DNA from: Gemmatimonadales bacterium
GTDB lineage: Bacteria; Gemmatimonadota; Gemmatimonadetes; Gemmatimonadales; GWC2-71-9
Direction: 5' to 3'
Assembly: GCA_036375015.1 (NCBI GenBank)
Contig: DASUSR010000122.1
Location: 1-43,313 of the forward strand
Length of the DNA stretch: 43,313 nt
The position numbers were made by a program, and so were the translations under genes. Positions within the stretch are counted from its first letter, which is position 1; every line of letters starts with the position of its first letter. Below are positions 1-8,123 of this stretch, piece by piece. The notes beneath the pieces were generated by a model. That model saw nothing but the letters and a program-made list of their open reading frames with translations, made no database searches and was not told the origin of the DNA.

Positions 1-902
1 GTGCCCGGGATATGGCCGGCCGCGTAGTCGGCGGCGGGCCTGAGGTCGATCACCAGCCCGCCGGCGCCAAGCACCGCCTCCACCCGGTCCGGCGGAAGCG
101 CCGGTGGGGAGGGGAGGCGGCCCAGGACGCGCGGCCCGTCCCGGTTCACCGTCTTCATCCTTCCGAAATACGCGGGCGGCTCCGGCTGGCCGGCGAGCAC
201 GAGGCGCACGAACTCCTCCTCGTCCTCCACTCCGAAGGCCCAGTTGAACCGGCGCTCGTACCCCACCGTGCTGTGCGGCACGGCGCTCAGTCCCTTGCCG
301 CACGCCGAGCCGGCCCCGTGGCCGGGCCAGATCTGGAGCCAGTCGGGCTGGGACTTGAAGCGCTGGAGGCTGCGGAACAGCGTCCTGGCGCCGTCCTCCA
401 TCGTGCCCTTCACGTTGGCCGCGCGCTCCAGGAGGTCGGGGCGGCCCACGTCTCCCACGAACACGAAATCGCCGGTGACCGCGCCGATGGGCTCGGTGGC
501 GGCGGCGCCGTCGGTGACGAGGAACGACAGGTGCTCCGGCGTGTGCCCGGGCGTGTGGATCGCGCGCATGCGGATGCTGCCGACGGCGAACTCGTCGCCC
601 TCGCGGAGCAGCACCGCGCCCGCCTCGCGCGCCCACGCATAGTGCCAGTCGGGCCCGCCCTCATCCGAGAGATACAGGGCGGCGCCGGTCCGCGCGGCGA
701 GCTCGCGGCTGCCCGACACGAAATCGGCGTGGATGTGGGTCTCGGTGACGTGCGCGATGCGAACGCCGAGGGCGTCCGCAGCGCGGAGATACTGGTCCAC
801 GTCGCGGTTCGGGTCGATCACCACGGCTTCGCCGGCGGCGGCGCAGCCGATGAGATAGCTGGCCTGGGCCAGCTTCGGGTCGTACAGCCGCTCGAGCAGC
901 AG
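1..902 (-). CDS. MBL-fold metallo-hydrolase fused to a C-terminal rhodanese-like domain (persulfide-dioxygenase-like); 3' end cut by window edge
   Basis: Reverse-strand frame, absent from the ORF track because its stop lies outside the window. It translates to LLLERLYDPKLAQASYLIGC...RIAHVTETHIHADF...IHTPGHTPEHLSF...DFVFVGDVGRPDL...WPGHGAGSACGK, then ...LVIDLRPAADYAAGHIPG at the edge. It carries an HxHxD-type metal motif and a rhodanese-like tail. High GC3. The start is non-canonical and uncertain (see finding). Confidence 0.8.
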   Translation of the reverse strand, partial: MLLERLYDPKLAQASYLIGCAAAGEAVVIDPNRDVDQYLRAADALGVRIAHVTETHIHADFVSGSRELAARTGAALYLSDEGGPDWHYAWAREAGAVLLREGDEFAVGSIRMRAIHTPGHTPEHLSFLVTDGAAATEPIGAVTGDFVFVGDVGRPDLLERAANVKGTMEDGARTLFRSLQRFKSQPDWLQIWPGHGAGSACGKGLSAVPHSTVGYERRFNWAFGVEDEEEFVRLVLAGQPEPPAYFGRMKTVNRDGPRVLGRLPSPPALPPDRVEAVLGAGGLVIDLRPAADYAAGHIPG

Positions 903-1007
903 GGGGCCTCCCGGTGAAGTCCTGCGGAAAAATAGCCGGGGTGCCCCGCGACCGCGCCGCCGGCGCGTTGTACACTTGAGACGCCACGCACACCGCCCGG
1001 AGGCACC

Positions 1008-1400
1008 ATGCCGCTCGTCCGCATCGATCTTCGCGCCGGTCACTCGCCCGCCGTCCGGCAGGGCGTGGGGGACGCCGTCCACCAGGCCATGGTGGAGACC
1101 CTCGGCATCCCGCCGGACGACCGGTTCCAGGTCATCACCGAGCACCCGGCCGAGGGGCTGGTCTACGACCCGCGGTATCTCGGAATCGAGCGCTCCGACG
1201 GTGTGGTGTTCATCCAGATCACGCTGAACGCGGGTCGCACGGTGGCGCAGAAGCGGGCACTGTACACGCGCCTCGCCGATCTGGTCGCCGAGCGGGCCGA
1301 GGTGCGGCGGGCGGACGTGCTGGTGAGCCTGGTGGAAGTGGCTCGGGAAGACTGGTCCTTCGGCGACGGCGTGGCGCAGTACGCGCCTCCGGCCGACTAG
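1008..1400 (+). CDS. tautomerase family protein (4-oxalocrotonate tautomerase-like, long form)
   Basis: 130 aa beginning MPLVRIDL, so Pro1 follows the initiator Met as in tautomerases. GGAGG lies 6-7 nt upstream of the ATG. Divergent from the MBL gene. Confidence 0.75.
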   Translation: MPLVRIDLRAGHSPAVRQGVGDAVHQAMVETLGIPPDDRFQVITEHPAEGLVYDPRYLGIERSDGVVFIQITLNAGRTVAQKRALYTRLADLVAERAEVRRADVLVSLVEVAREDWSFGDGVAQYAPPAD

Positions 1401-1873
1401 CGCCCGCGCGGGCGCCGGAACACCGGCCGGGGCTCCTCGGCGTCGAAGTCGGGACGGGGCCGCGGGGGCGTCGCCGGCTCGTGGCGCGGGGCGGGCTCGC
1501 TCGCGGCGGGTCGGCGCGGCTCGGGCACGGGAGTGGGACGCCCGCGCCTGGGCTGCGCGGCCTCGGGCGGCCGCGGGCGTGGCGCGGGCTGCGCGGGTGC
1601 CGGGGCCGGGCTGGTGGTCTTGAGTACACCCATGGCGGCTTGCGCGGCCACCCGGATGGTCTCGAGCGCGGTGTCGAGGGCCTCGCGCAGCCTCGCATCC
1701 ACGCGGGGAGCCTCGGCGGCCAGCACGGCGCGCACCAGCTCCCGGGCGGTGTCGGGCCCGACCGCCACGCCCAGCTCGGCGAGCCGGTCGCAGACCATCT
1801 CCACCGTGTGCAGGCTCGGCTCGTGGCCGGCCAGACTCGTGGGCGTGTCGCTCATCGTCGTATCCCCCGTCAT
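1397..1873 (-). CDS. hypothetical protein (helical N-domain plus Pro/Arg-rich tail)
   Basis: Codon third positions are almost all G/C in this frame. The ATG at 1873 overlaps the AlkA-like stop (ATGA). An alternative start is MSDTPTS at 1855. No recognisable domain. Confidence 0.5.
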   Translation of the reverse strand: MTGDTTMSDTPTSLAGHEPSLHTVEMVCDRLAELGVAVGPDTARELVRAVLAAEAPRVDARLREALDTALETIRVAAQAAMGVLKTTSPAPAPAQPAPRPRPPEAAQPRRGRPTPVPEPRRPAASEPAPRHEPATPPRPRPDFDAEEPRPVFRRPRGR

Positions 1874-2532
1874 TCGAGCTCGAGCGCGCGCCAGAGATAC
1901 CAGCTGGCCGCGCTCCGGTACGGTCGCCATCGTTCGGCCCGCCGGGTCATCGCTTCGGGCTCGGGCAGGCCGCGGGTCCCGAACGTCACCGCGAAGCCCT
2001 TGCGGACGCCGAGGTCTCCGAGCGGCAGGATGTCGGGGCGGCCCAGCCGGAAGATCAGCAGCATCTCCACGGTCCAGCGGCCGATGCCGCGCACCTGGGT
2101 GAGCTGCGCCACGATCTCCTCGTCCGGCATGCGCCGCACCCGCGCCATCGGCGGCACCGTGCCGTCGAGCGTCCGGGCGGCGAGGTCCCGCAGCGCCGCC
2201 GTCTTCGCGGCCGAGAGGCCGGCGGCCCGCAGCCGCTCGGACGGCACGGCGAGCAGGTCGGCGGGCGTGGGGAATCGCCGGGGCGCGAAGAGCGCGACGA
2301 CGCGACTCAGGATCGTGGCCGCCGCCTGGCCGTGGAGCTGCTGGTACACGATGGACCGGGCGAGGGCGGCGAAGAGACTATGGGAAGTGCGGGGCCGGAT
2401 GCCGAGCGGTCCCACCCGGCCGATCAGGCGGCCGAGCGCCGGATCGGCGGCCGCGAGGTGCCGGCTGGCCAGGACCGGATCGTAGGCGAGGCCGCGGCGC
2501 ACGGCCGGTGTGGCGGGCATGGCTGGTAACAT
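1870..2532 (-). CDS. DNA-3-methyladenine glycosylase II family protein (AlkA-like, HhH-GPD)
   Basis: HhH motif QVRGIGRWTVEMLLIF, followed by PLGDLGVRKG carrying the catalytic Asp. The ATG at 2532 lies 7 nt after the upstream DMT stop. Alternative starts are at 2559 (GTG) and 2520. Confidence 0.85.
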   Translation of the reverse strand: MLPAMPATPAVRRGLAYDPVLASRHLAAADPALGRLIGRVGPLGIRPRTSHSLFAALARSIVYQQLHGQAAATILSRVVALFAPRRFPTPADLLAVPSERLRAAGLSAAKTAALRDLAARTLDGTVPPMARVRRMPDEEIVAQLTQVRGIGRWTVEMLLIFRLGRPDILPLGDLGVRKGFAVTFGTRGLPEPEAMTRRAERWRPYRSAASWYLWRALELE

Positions 2533-2539
2533 AACCCGG

Positions 2540-3364
2540 TCACCGCGGGCTCCGCGCACTCATGCTGACCAGCACCGTGGCGACGATCACGAGCAGCGAC
2601 CCGGCGATCTGCCAGCCGGTCGGCCGCGCGGGGAACACCGCGAGCGCGAGCAGGTAGGTGAACACGATGCCCAGGTTGGAGAGCGCCGTCACCGGCGCCG
2701 CGCGGTGCAGGGCGTAGGCCCGCGTCATGGCCAACTGCGCCCCGCCACCGCCGAGCCCTGCTCCCAGCAGGTAGAGCCCGCTCTCCAGATCGGGCCAGGT
2801 CCAGCGGGGCAGCGCCAGCGCCACCATGGTGCCGCAGCCGACCAGCGAGAAGTGGAGCACGACCGCCTCGTGGCTCTCGCCGGGGCCGATCTTGCGCAGC
2901 CAGATCATCGCCAGTGCGTAGAAGAACGCGCCGCCCGTCGCCACCAGCGCCACCGGCGCGGCCACCTCGAACGAGGGCCGGAGCAGCGCCACGATCCCGG
3001 CGAAAGCGAGGCCCACCGCGAGCCAGAGGTACCGCCCCACCCGCTCGCCGAGCAGCGGCCCGGAGAGGAGGGCCACGAAGACCGGCGCGGTGGCGTTGAG
3101 CGTGGCCGCGTCGCCCAGCCCGATGTCGGCCGAGGACAGCGCGTAGAAGGTGCCGATGGCGGAGATGGTGCCGAAGATGCTGCGCCGCCAGGTGCCGGGC
3201 CGGTCGGTCACCCGCAGCGACACGCCTCGCCCCGTGGCGAGGGCCACCGCGATGACCGCGCCGATGAGAAATCGGGCCGCGGCGATCTCGGGCCAGGGCA
3301 GGTGGGCGGCGCCGAGCCGGGTACACACGTTCATTCCGGCGAAGCAGAGCTGCGCGAGCGCCAT
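2540..3364 (-). CDS. DMT family transporter (EamA-like)
   Basis: About 10 hydrophobic helices. Sequence includes CFAGMNVCTRLG...ATLNATAPVFVALLS...GGAQLAMTRAYA...ALSNLGIVFTYLLA. Start taken at Met137 of the 410-aa track ORF. The upstream in-frame part is repeat and low-complexity sequence. Confidence 0.8.
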   Translation of the reverse strand: MALAQLCFAGMNVCTRLGAAHLPWPEIAAARFLIGAVIAVALATGRGVSLRVTDRPGTWRRSIFGTISAIGTFYALSSADIGLGDAATLNATAPVFVALLSGPLLGERVGRYLWLAVGLAFAGIVALLRPSFEVAAPVALVATGGAFFYALAMIWLRKIGPGESHEAVVLHFSLVGCGTMVALALPRWTWPDLESGLYLLGAGLGGGGAQLAMTRAYALHRAAPVTALSNLGIVFTYLLALAVFPARPTGWQIAGSLLVIVATVLVSMSARSPR

Positions 3365-3512
3365 CCACCCGAGTCCGGAGGCGCGACGGTCTGGAGACAG
3401 CAGGACCTCCGGGGGGCGGACGGTAGTAGGGTGGCGCGACGTCGAGGGGTAACGCAGGGTCGGCACGAGTGCAAGGCGGCGGGGCGGGCGTGCCTCGGGC
3501 GGGACGCCGCCT

Positions 3513-3539
3513 CGGCCGCGGCACGTCATCACGCGGCCG
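3513..3539. other. GC-only hairpin (8-bp stem CGGCCGCG/CGCGGCCG, ~11-nt loop) in intergenic region
   Basis: Read directly from the sequence and cross-checked against ORF-track translations spanning the site. Function unknown. Confidence 0.4.
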
Positions 3540-3546
3540 CGGTACT

Positions 3547-3636
3547 TCATCCCGAGCGCAGAGAGAGGGATCCTCCCGGCGGGTCCCCGATTCGCGCCGG
3601 CGAGATCCCTCGGTTGCTTGCGCTCCCTCGGGATGA
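3547..3636. other. ~90-nt nested imperfect palindrome / long hairpin
   Basis: On the minus strand there are three nested stems. The outer stem is TCATCCCGAG...CTCGGGATGA (10 bp). The middle stem is GAGGGATC...GATCCCTC (8 bp). The inner stem is CCGGCG...CGCCGG (6 bp). An alternative pairing, GAGCGCA/TGCGCTC, overlaps the outer 3' arm. Confidence 0.5.
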
Positions 3637-3644
3637 GGTACACT

Positions 3645-3701
3645 GCTGCCCGGCTGCCCGCTGCCCGCTGCCCGCTGCCCGCTGCCCGCTGCCCGCTGCC
3701 C
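3645..3701. repeat. heptanucleotide tandem array (GCTGCCC): 1 copy, one extra G, then 7 perfect tandem copies
   Basis: Copy number was derived from three independent ORF-track translations crossing the array, for example AARCPLP AARCPLP AA on + and GSGQRAA GSGQRAA GS on -. Confidence 0.9.
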
Positions 3702-3725
3702 CGGTGCCCCGGTGCCCCGGTGCCC
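3702..3725. repeat. octanucleotide tandem array (CGGTGCCC) x3, directly abutting the heptamer array
   Basis: The same cross-check applies (PVPRCPGA on +; GTGAPGHRG on -). The array ends 45 nt upstream of the decarboxylase ATG. Confidence 0.9.
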
Positions 3726-3770
3726 GCGCCTTCTTGACTCCCGCCTCCCGCCGCCATTGCCTTCCGCCCC

Positions 3771-5192
3771 ATGCATCCCGACGAATTCCGCCGCCAGGGG
3801 CACCGGCTCGTGGACTGGATGGCCGACTACTTCGCCCGCGTGGGCGAGCTGCCCGTGACGCCCGACGTCAGGCCCGGCGAGATCCGGCGCGCGCTCCCCG
3901 CCGAGCCCCCGGCCGCGGGCGAGCCGTTCGACGATCTCTTCGCCGATTTCCGCGACGTCATCCTGCCCGGCATGACCCACTGGAACCACCCGGGGTGGTT
4001 CGCCTACTTCCCCTGCAACAACAGCCCACCGTCGGTGCTGGGGGAGATGCTCACCGCCGCGATGGGGGCCCAGTGCATGTCCTGGGCGACCTCGCCCGCC
4101 GCCACCGAGCTGGAGCAGGTGGTGATGGACTGGCTCCGCCGCATGCTCGGTCTGCCCGACGGGTTCACCGGCGTCATCCAGGACACCGCCTCCACCGCCA
4201 CGCTCGTGGCCCTGCTCTCCGCGCGGGAGCGCGCGACGGCCGCCGGCGCCGCGGTGCCCTCGCTCACCATCTACGCCTCGCGCGAAGCCCACTCATCGGT
4301 GGACAAGGGCGTCCGGCTGGCCGGGTTCGATCCCGCCCACCTTCGCCACATCCCCGGAGACGCCGAGTTCGCGCTCGACCCCGCCGCGCTCGAGCGCGCG
4401 ATCGAGGCGGACCGGGCGGCCGGGCTGTCGCCGGCCTGCGTGGTGGCGACGATCGGGTCCACCTCCTCCACCGCGGTGGACCCGGTGGCGGCGATCGCGG
4501 AGCTGTGCGCGCGGCGCGGCGTCTGGCTGCACGTGGACGCCGCCTATGCCGGGTCGGCGGCCATCGTGCCCGAGCTGCGGCATTCCTTCGCGGGCATGGA
4601 CCGGGCCGACAGCATCGTGGTCAACCCCCACAAATGGCTGCTGACCAACTTCGACTGCACAGCGTACTTCGTGCGCGACGTGGAGGCGCTGCTTCGGGCC
4701 TGCCGGATCTCGCCCGAGTATCTCCGCACCGCGCACGACGCCGAGGTGGTCAATTTCCGCGACTGGGGCATCCAGCTCGGCCGCCGCTTCCGGGCGCTCA
4801 AGCTCTGGTTCGTGATCCGCAGCTACGGCGTGGAGGGGCTCCAGGCGATGATCCGCCGGCACGTGGCGCTCGCGCGGGAGCTGGCCGGGTGGATCGAGGC
4901 CGATCCCGAGTTCGAGCTGATGGCGCCGGTACCGTTCGGACTGGTCTGCTTCCGCTGGCGGCCGCCGGGAAGGCCCGAAGCGGAGCTCGACCGGCTGAAC
5001 GAGGCGCTGCTCGCGCGGGTGAACGGGGCCCGCTCGGTTCACCTCACGCACACCAGGCTCGGCGGGCGATACGCGATCCGGCTGGTGGTGGGACAGCGGG
5101 AGACGACCCGGGATCACGTGAGGCAGGCCTGGGACCTGGTGCTGGCCGCGGCGGGGCGGGCGGGCGAGCCGCCGTCACGCCCGGGAGGGTGA
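3771..5192 (+). CDS. pyridoxal-dependent (group II) aromatic-L-amino-acid / tyrosine decarboxylase-like enzyme
   Basis: 473 aa. N-terminal DEFRRQGHRLVDWMADYF...HWNHPGWFAYFP, and the PLP-lysine motif SIVVNPHKWLLTNFDC. Confidence 0.9.
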   Translation: MHPDEFRRQGHRLVDWMADYFARVGELPVTPDVRPGEIRRALPAEPPAAGEPFDDLFADFRDVILPGMTHWNHPGWFAYFPCNNSPPSVLGEMLTAAMGAQCMSWATSPAATELEQVVMDWLRRMLGLPDGFTGVIQDTASTATLVALLSARERATAAGAAVPSLTIYASREAHSSVDKGVRLAGFDPAHLRHIPGDAEFALDPAALERAIEADRAAGLSPACVVATIGSTSSTAVDPVAAIAELCARRGVWLHVDAAYAGSAAIVPELRHSFAGMDRADSIVVNPHKWLLTNFDCTAYFVRDVEALLRACRISPEYLRTAHDAEVVNFRDWGIQLGRRFRALKLWFVIRSYGVEGLQAMIRRHVALARELAGWIEADPEFELMAPVPFGLVCFRWRPPGRPEAELDRLNEALLARVNGARSVHLTHTRLGGRYAIRLVVGQRETTRDHVRQAWDLVLAAAGRAGEPPSRPGG

Positions 5193-5234
5193 CGGCGGCG
5201 GGGAGATCCGGTCGGACTGCTGGCGGCGGGCCGC

Positions 5235-8036
5235 TCAGCCCGCCAGCGCGGCGGAGAGCGGGGAGAGCAGCGGGCGGAGATAACGCCCCGTGTGGGAGCC
5301 GGGCACCTCGGCGACGTGCTCGGGCGTGCCCTGGGCGACCACCTGCCCGCCGCCGTCCCCCGCCTCGGGCCCCAGGTCCACCACCCAGTCGGCCCGCTTG
5401 ATCACGTCCAGGTGGTGCTCGATGATGACCACGGTATGCCCGGCGTCCACCAGCCGGTCGAGAACCTGGATCAGCACCCGGACGTCGTCGAGGTGGAGTC
5501 CGGTGGTCGGCTCGTCGAGGATGTAGAGCCGCCGGCCTTCCCGCTTGCCCGCCTGCGCCAGCTCGCGCGCGATCTTGAGCCGCTGGGCCTCGCCGCCCGA
5601 GAGGGTTGTGGCCGGCTGGCCCAGCCGGAGATAGCCGAGCCCGACCTGCTGGAGGTGCCAGAGAGCGGTCCCCAGCCTGGGTTGATGGCGGAAGCGCGCG
5701 ATCGCCTCCTCGACGGTCCACTGCAGCACGTCGTGGACCGAGTAGCCCTGGATCCTGACGTCGAGCACGTCCCGCCGGTACCGGCTCCCCCCGCACACCT
5801 CGCAGGGCACGAAGACGTCGGCCAGGAAGACCATCTCGACCTGGACGTGCCCCGCCCCCTCGCAGGCCTCGCAGCGGCCGCCGGGCATGTTGAACGAGAA
5901 GGTGGCCGCGCTGTATTTGCGCTGCCGGGCGAGCGGCTGGGCCGCGAACAGCTCGCGGATCTCGTCGAAGGCCTTGATGTAGGTGATCGGATTGGAGCGC
6001 GGGGTGCGGCCGATAGGTGACTGATCCACCAGGAGCACGTCCTGGAGGAACTCCCAGCCCGTGAGCGAATCCACCCGTCCGACCGCCTCGCCGAGATGGG
6101 ACTTGGCGGAGTGTCCGCCGTGGAGCCGCGCCTCCAGGTTCCGATAGATGACGTCGTAGAGCAGCGTGCTCTTGCCGGAGCCCGAGACACCCGTGACCGC
6201 AGTGAGCGCGCCCAAGGGGATGTCCACGTCCACCGAGCGGAGGTTGTGCAGGGTGGCGCCTCGCACCTTGAGCCAGATCGGCCCCGTGGGCCGCCGCAGG
6301 CTCGGCACGGCGATGCGCTTCTGTCCGGTGAGGTACTGGCCGGTGAGCGACTGCGTGGCCGCGGCCACCGGGCCCGCGTGTACCACCCTCCCCCCGTGCT
6401 CCCCGGCCCCGGGGCCCAGCTCGAGCATGAAATCGGCCTGCTGGATGGCCGCGAGGTCGTGCTCGACCACCACCACCGTGTTGCCGCTGTCGCGGAGCCG
6501 CCGCAGCAGCGAGAGGAGCCGATCGGTGTCGCGGGGGTGGAGACCCACCGAGGGCTCATCGAGAACGTAGAGGGTATCCACCAGCCGGGCGCCCAGCGCG
6601 TTCGCGAGCGAGATCCGCTGGGCCTCGCCGCCCGAGAGGGTGCGGGTCTGCCGGTCCAGCGTCAGGTAGCCCAGCCCCACGTCACACAGGAAGCCGAGCC
6701 GGGCCTCGAGCTGCTCGAGCACCAGGTGGGCGACCTCGCGCTCGAACGGGCTCAACACCAGGCCCCGCACCCACGCCAGGATCTCGCCGATCGAGCGGGA
6801 CGCCACCGCGGCGACGGTGTCCTCTCCGATCCGCACGGACAGCGCGTCGGGATTCAGACGGGTGCCGCCGCACTCCCCGCAGGTCTTGGCCAGCTGGTAC
6901 TGCCGCAGGAAGACCCGGATGTACTGCTTGTACCGTTTCTCCTCGAGGCTCACGAGGAAGGGGAAGATGCCGACGTAGCGCCCCTTCCGGCCGTAGAGCA
7001 GCTCCCGGCGGTGGGCGGCCTTGAGCTTGCGCCAGGGCTTGGCGGGATCGGCGCCGAGCCCGCGGGCGAACTCGAGCAGGAGCCGCCGGCGCGACTCGTA
7101 GCGCGGCTTGGTCCAGGGGTCGATCGCCCCGTCGGCCAGGCTCAGGTCGGCGTCCGGCACCACGAGCGACTCGTCGTACTCGAGCACGGCCCCGAAGCCG
7201 TTGCAGGTGGTGCAGGCGCCCCGTGGGTTGTTGAACGAGAAGAGGGCCGGCGTGACGACCGCGGCCGGCGTGTCGCAGGCGCTGCAGGCGGGCCAGCGGG
7301 TGAACCGGAGTCGGCCCTCCTCCAGCAGGATGACCGCGACGCCTTCCCCCTCCTGGAACGCCGTGCCCACCGATTCCGCGATGCGCCCGGCCGACTCCTC
7401 CGAAGCCGTGAGCCGGTCCACCACCACCAGCAGCTCCGCGGCCCGGGTGAGATCCACCCCGGCGGGGAGTTCCTCCAGGTGGTAGGGGGTCCCGTCGGCG
7501 ACCACGCGGACGAAGCCGAGCGCCCGCAGGTTCTCGACCACCGCCTCGTGGGTGAGCCGCGCCACCGGCGGGAGGGGGAACGTCACCTGGATCCGGCCCC
7601 TCCGGGCCACGATCTCCTCCGCGGCCGACTGGGGGGTGTCGCGCCGGACCGGCGCGCCGCACCGGCGGCAATAGCACCGGCCCACCCGGGCCCAGAGCAG
7701 CCGCAGGTGATCGTACACCTCGGTGGCGGTGCCGACGGTGGAGCGGCTGGACACGGTCGGGTTCCGCTGCTCGATGGCCACCGAGGGGGCCAGCCCCTCG
7801 AGCCGGTCCACCAGCGGCTTGGGCATCCGGTCGAGGAACTGTTTGGCGTAGGTGGAGAGCGACTCGATGTAGCGGCGCTGGCCCTCCGCGTAGAGCGTGT
7901 CGAAGGCCAGCGTGCTCTTGCCCGATCCGGACGGCCCGGTGACCACGATGAGGGAGCGGTGCGGGAGATCCACCGTGACGCCGCGGAGATTGTTCTGCCG
8001 TGCGTTGACGATGCGGATGACGGATGCGGAGGACAT
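5235..8036 (-). CDS. uvrA: excinuclease ABC subunit UvrA
   Basis: 933 aa starting MSSASVIRIVNARQNNLRGVTVDLP. Two Walker A motifs (GPSGSGKST, GVSGSGKST), LSGGE signatures and several CxxC zinc modules. The 1230-aa track ORF is an upstream run-on. Confidence 0.95.
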   Translation of the reverse strand: MSSASVIRIVNARQNNLRGVTVDLPHRSLIVVTGPSGSGKSTLAFDTLYAEGQRRYIESLSTYAKQFLDRMPKPLVDRLEGLAPSVAIEQRNPTVSSRSTVGTATEVYDHLRLLWARVGRCYCRRCGAPVRRDTPQSAAEEIVARRGRIQVTFPLPPVARLTHEAVVENLRALGFVRVVADGTPYHLEELPAGVDLTRAAELLVVVDRLTASEESAGRIAESVGTAFQEGEGVAVILLEEGRLRFTRWPACSACDTPAAVVTPALFSFNNPRGACTTCNGFGAVLEYDESLVVPDADLSLADGAIDPWTKPRYESRRRLLLEFARGLGADPAKPWRKLKAAHRRELLYGRKGRYVGIFPFLVSLEEKRYKQYIRVFLRQYQLAKTCGECGGTRLNPDALSVRIGEDTVAAVASRSIGEILAWVRGLVLSPFEREVAHLVLEQLEARLGFLCDVGLGYLTLDRQTRTLSGGEAQRISLANALGARLVDTLYVLDEPSVGLHPRDTDRLLSLLRRLRDSGNTVVVVEHDLAAIQQADFMLELGPGAGEHGGRVVHAGPVAAATQSLTGQYLTGQKRIAVPSLRRPTGPIWLKVRGATLHNLRSVDVDIPLGALTAVTGVSGSGKSTLLYDVIYRNLEARLHGGHSAKSHLGEAVGRVDSLTGWEFLQDVLLVDQSPIGRTPRSNPITYIKAFDEIRELFAAQPLARQRKYSAATFSFNMPGGRCEACEGAGHVQVEMVFLADVFVPCEVCGGSRYRRDVLDVRIQGYSVHDVLQWTVEEAIARFRHQPRLGTALWHLQQVGLGYLRLGQPATTLSGGEAQRLKIARELAQAGKREGRRLYILDEPTTGLHLDDVRVLIQVLDRLVDAGHTVVIIEHHLDVIKRADWVVDLGPEAGDGGGQVVAQGTPEHVAEVPGSHTGRYLRPLLSPLSAALAG

Positions 8037-8123
8037 GCGGGGTGAAGAATAGCCGGTTCGGGAAAGCTTCGGGAGCGGTGCCGCTGCCCGCCCCCCGGCC
8101 TGTCCGACTAGATTCTGGCCTCC

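Noticed and set aside
12-917. 301-aa plus-strand ORF at the left edge
   Set aside because: It is the antisense shadow of the clearly homologous MBL-rhodanese gene on the minus strand. The product is Arg/Gly/Ala/His-rich with no motifs.
3645-3725. Tandem repeats considered as a CRISPR array
   Set aside because: The units are 7-8 nt with no spacers, and there are no cas genes. This is a microsatellite, not a CRISPR array.
2424-5401. 622-aa (minus) and 963-aa (plus) ORFs spanning the DMT, intergenic and decarboxylase region
   Set aside because: They are Arg/Pro/Gly-rich, motif-less and out of frame with recognisable genes. This is the typical open alternative frame of high-GC DNA.
8056-8070. 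GTTC-N7-CTTC upstream of uvrA as a possible alphaproteobacterial-type SOS box (GTTC-N7-GTTC)
   Set aside because: It has one mismatch in an 8-nt specific core. The LexA motif of this lineage is unknown to me, and a chance occurrence is plausible. It needs a genome-wide motif search before any claim.
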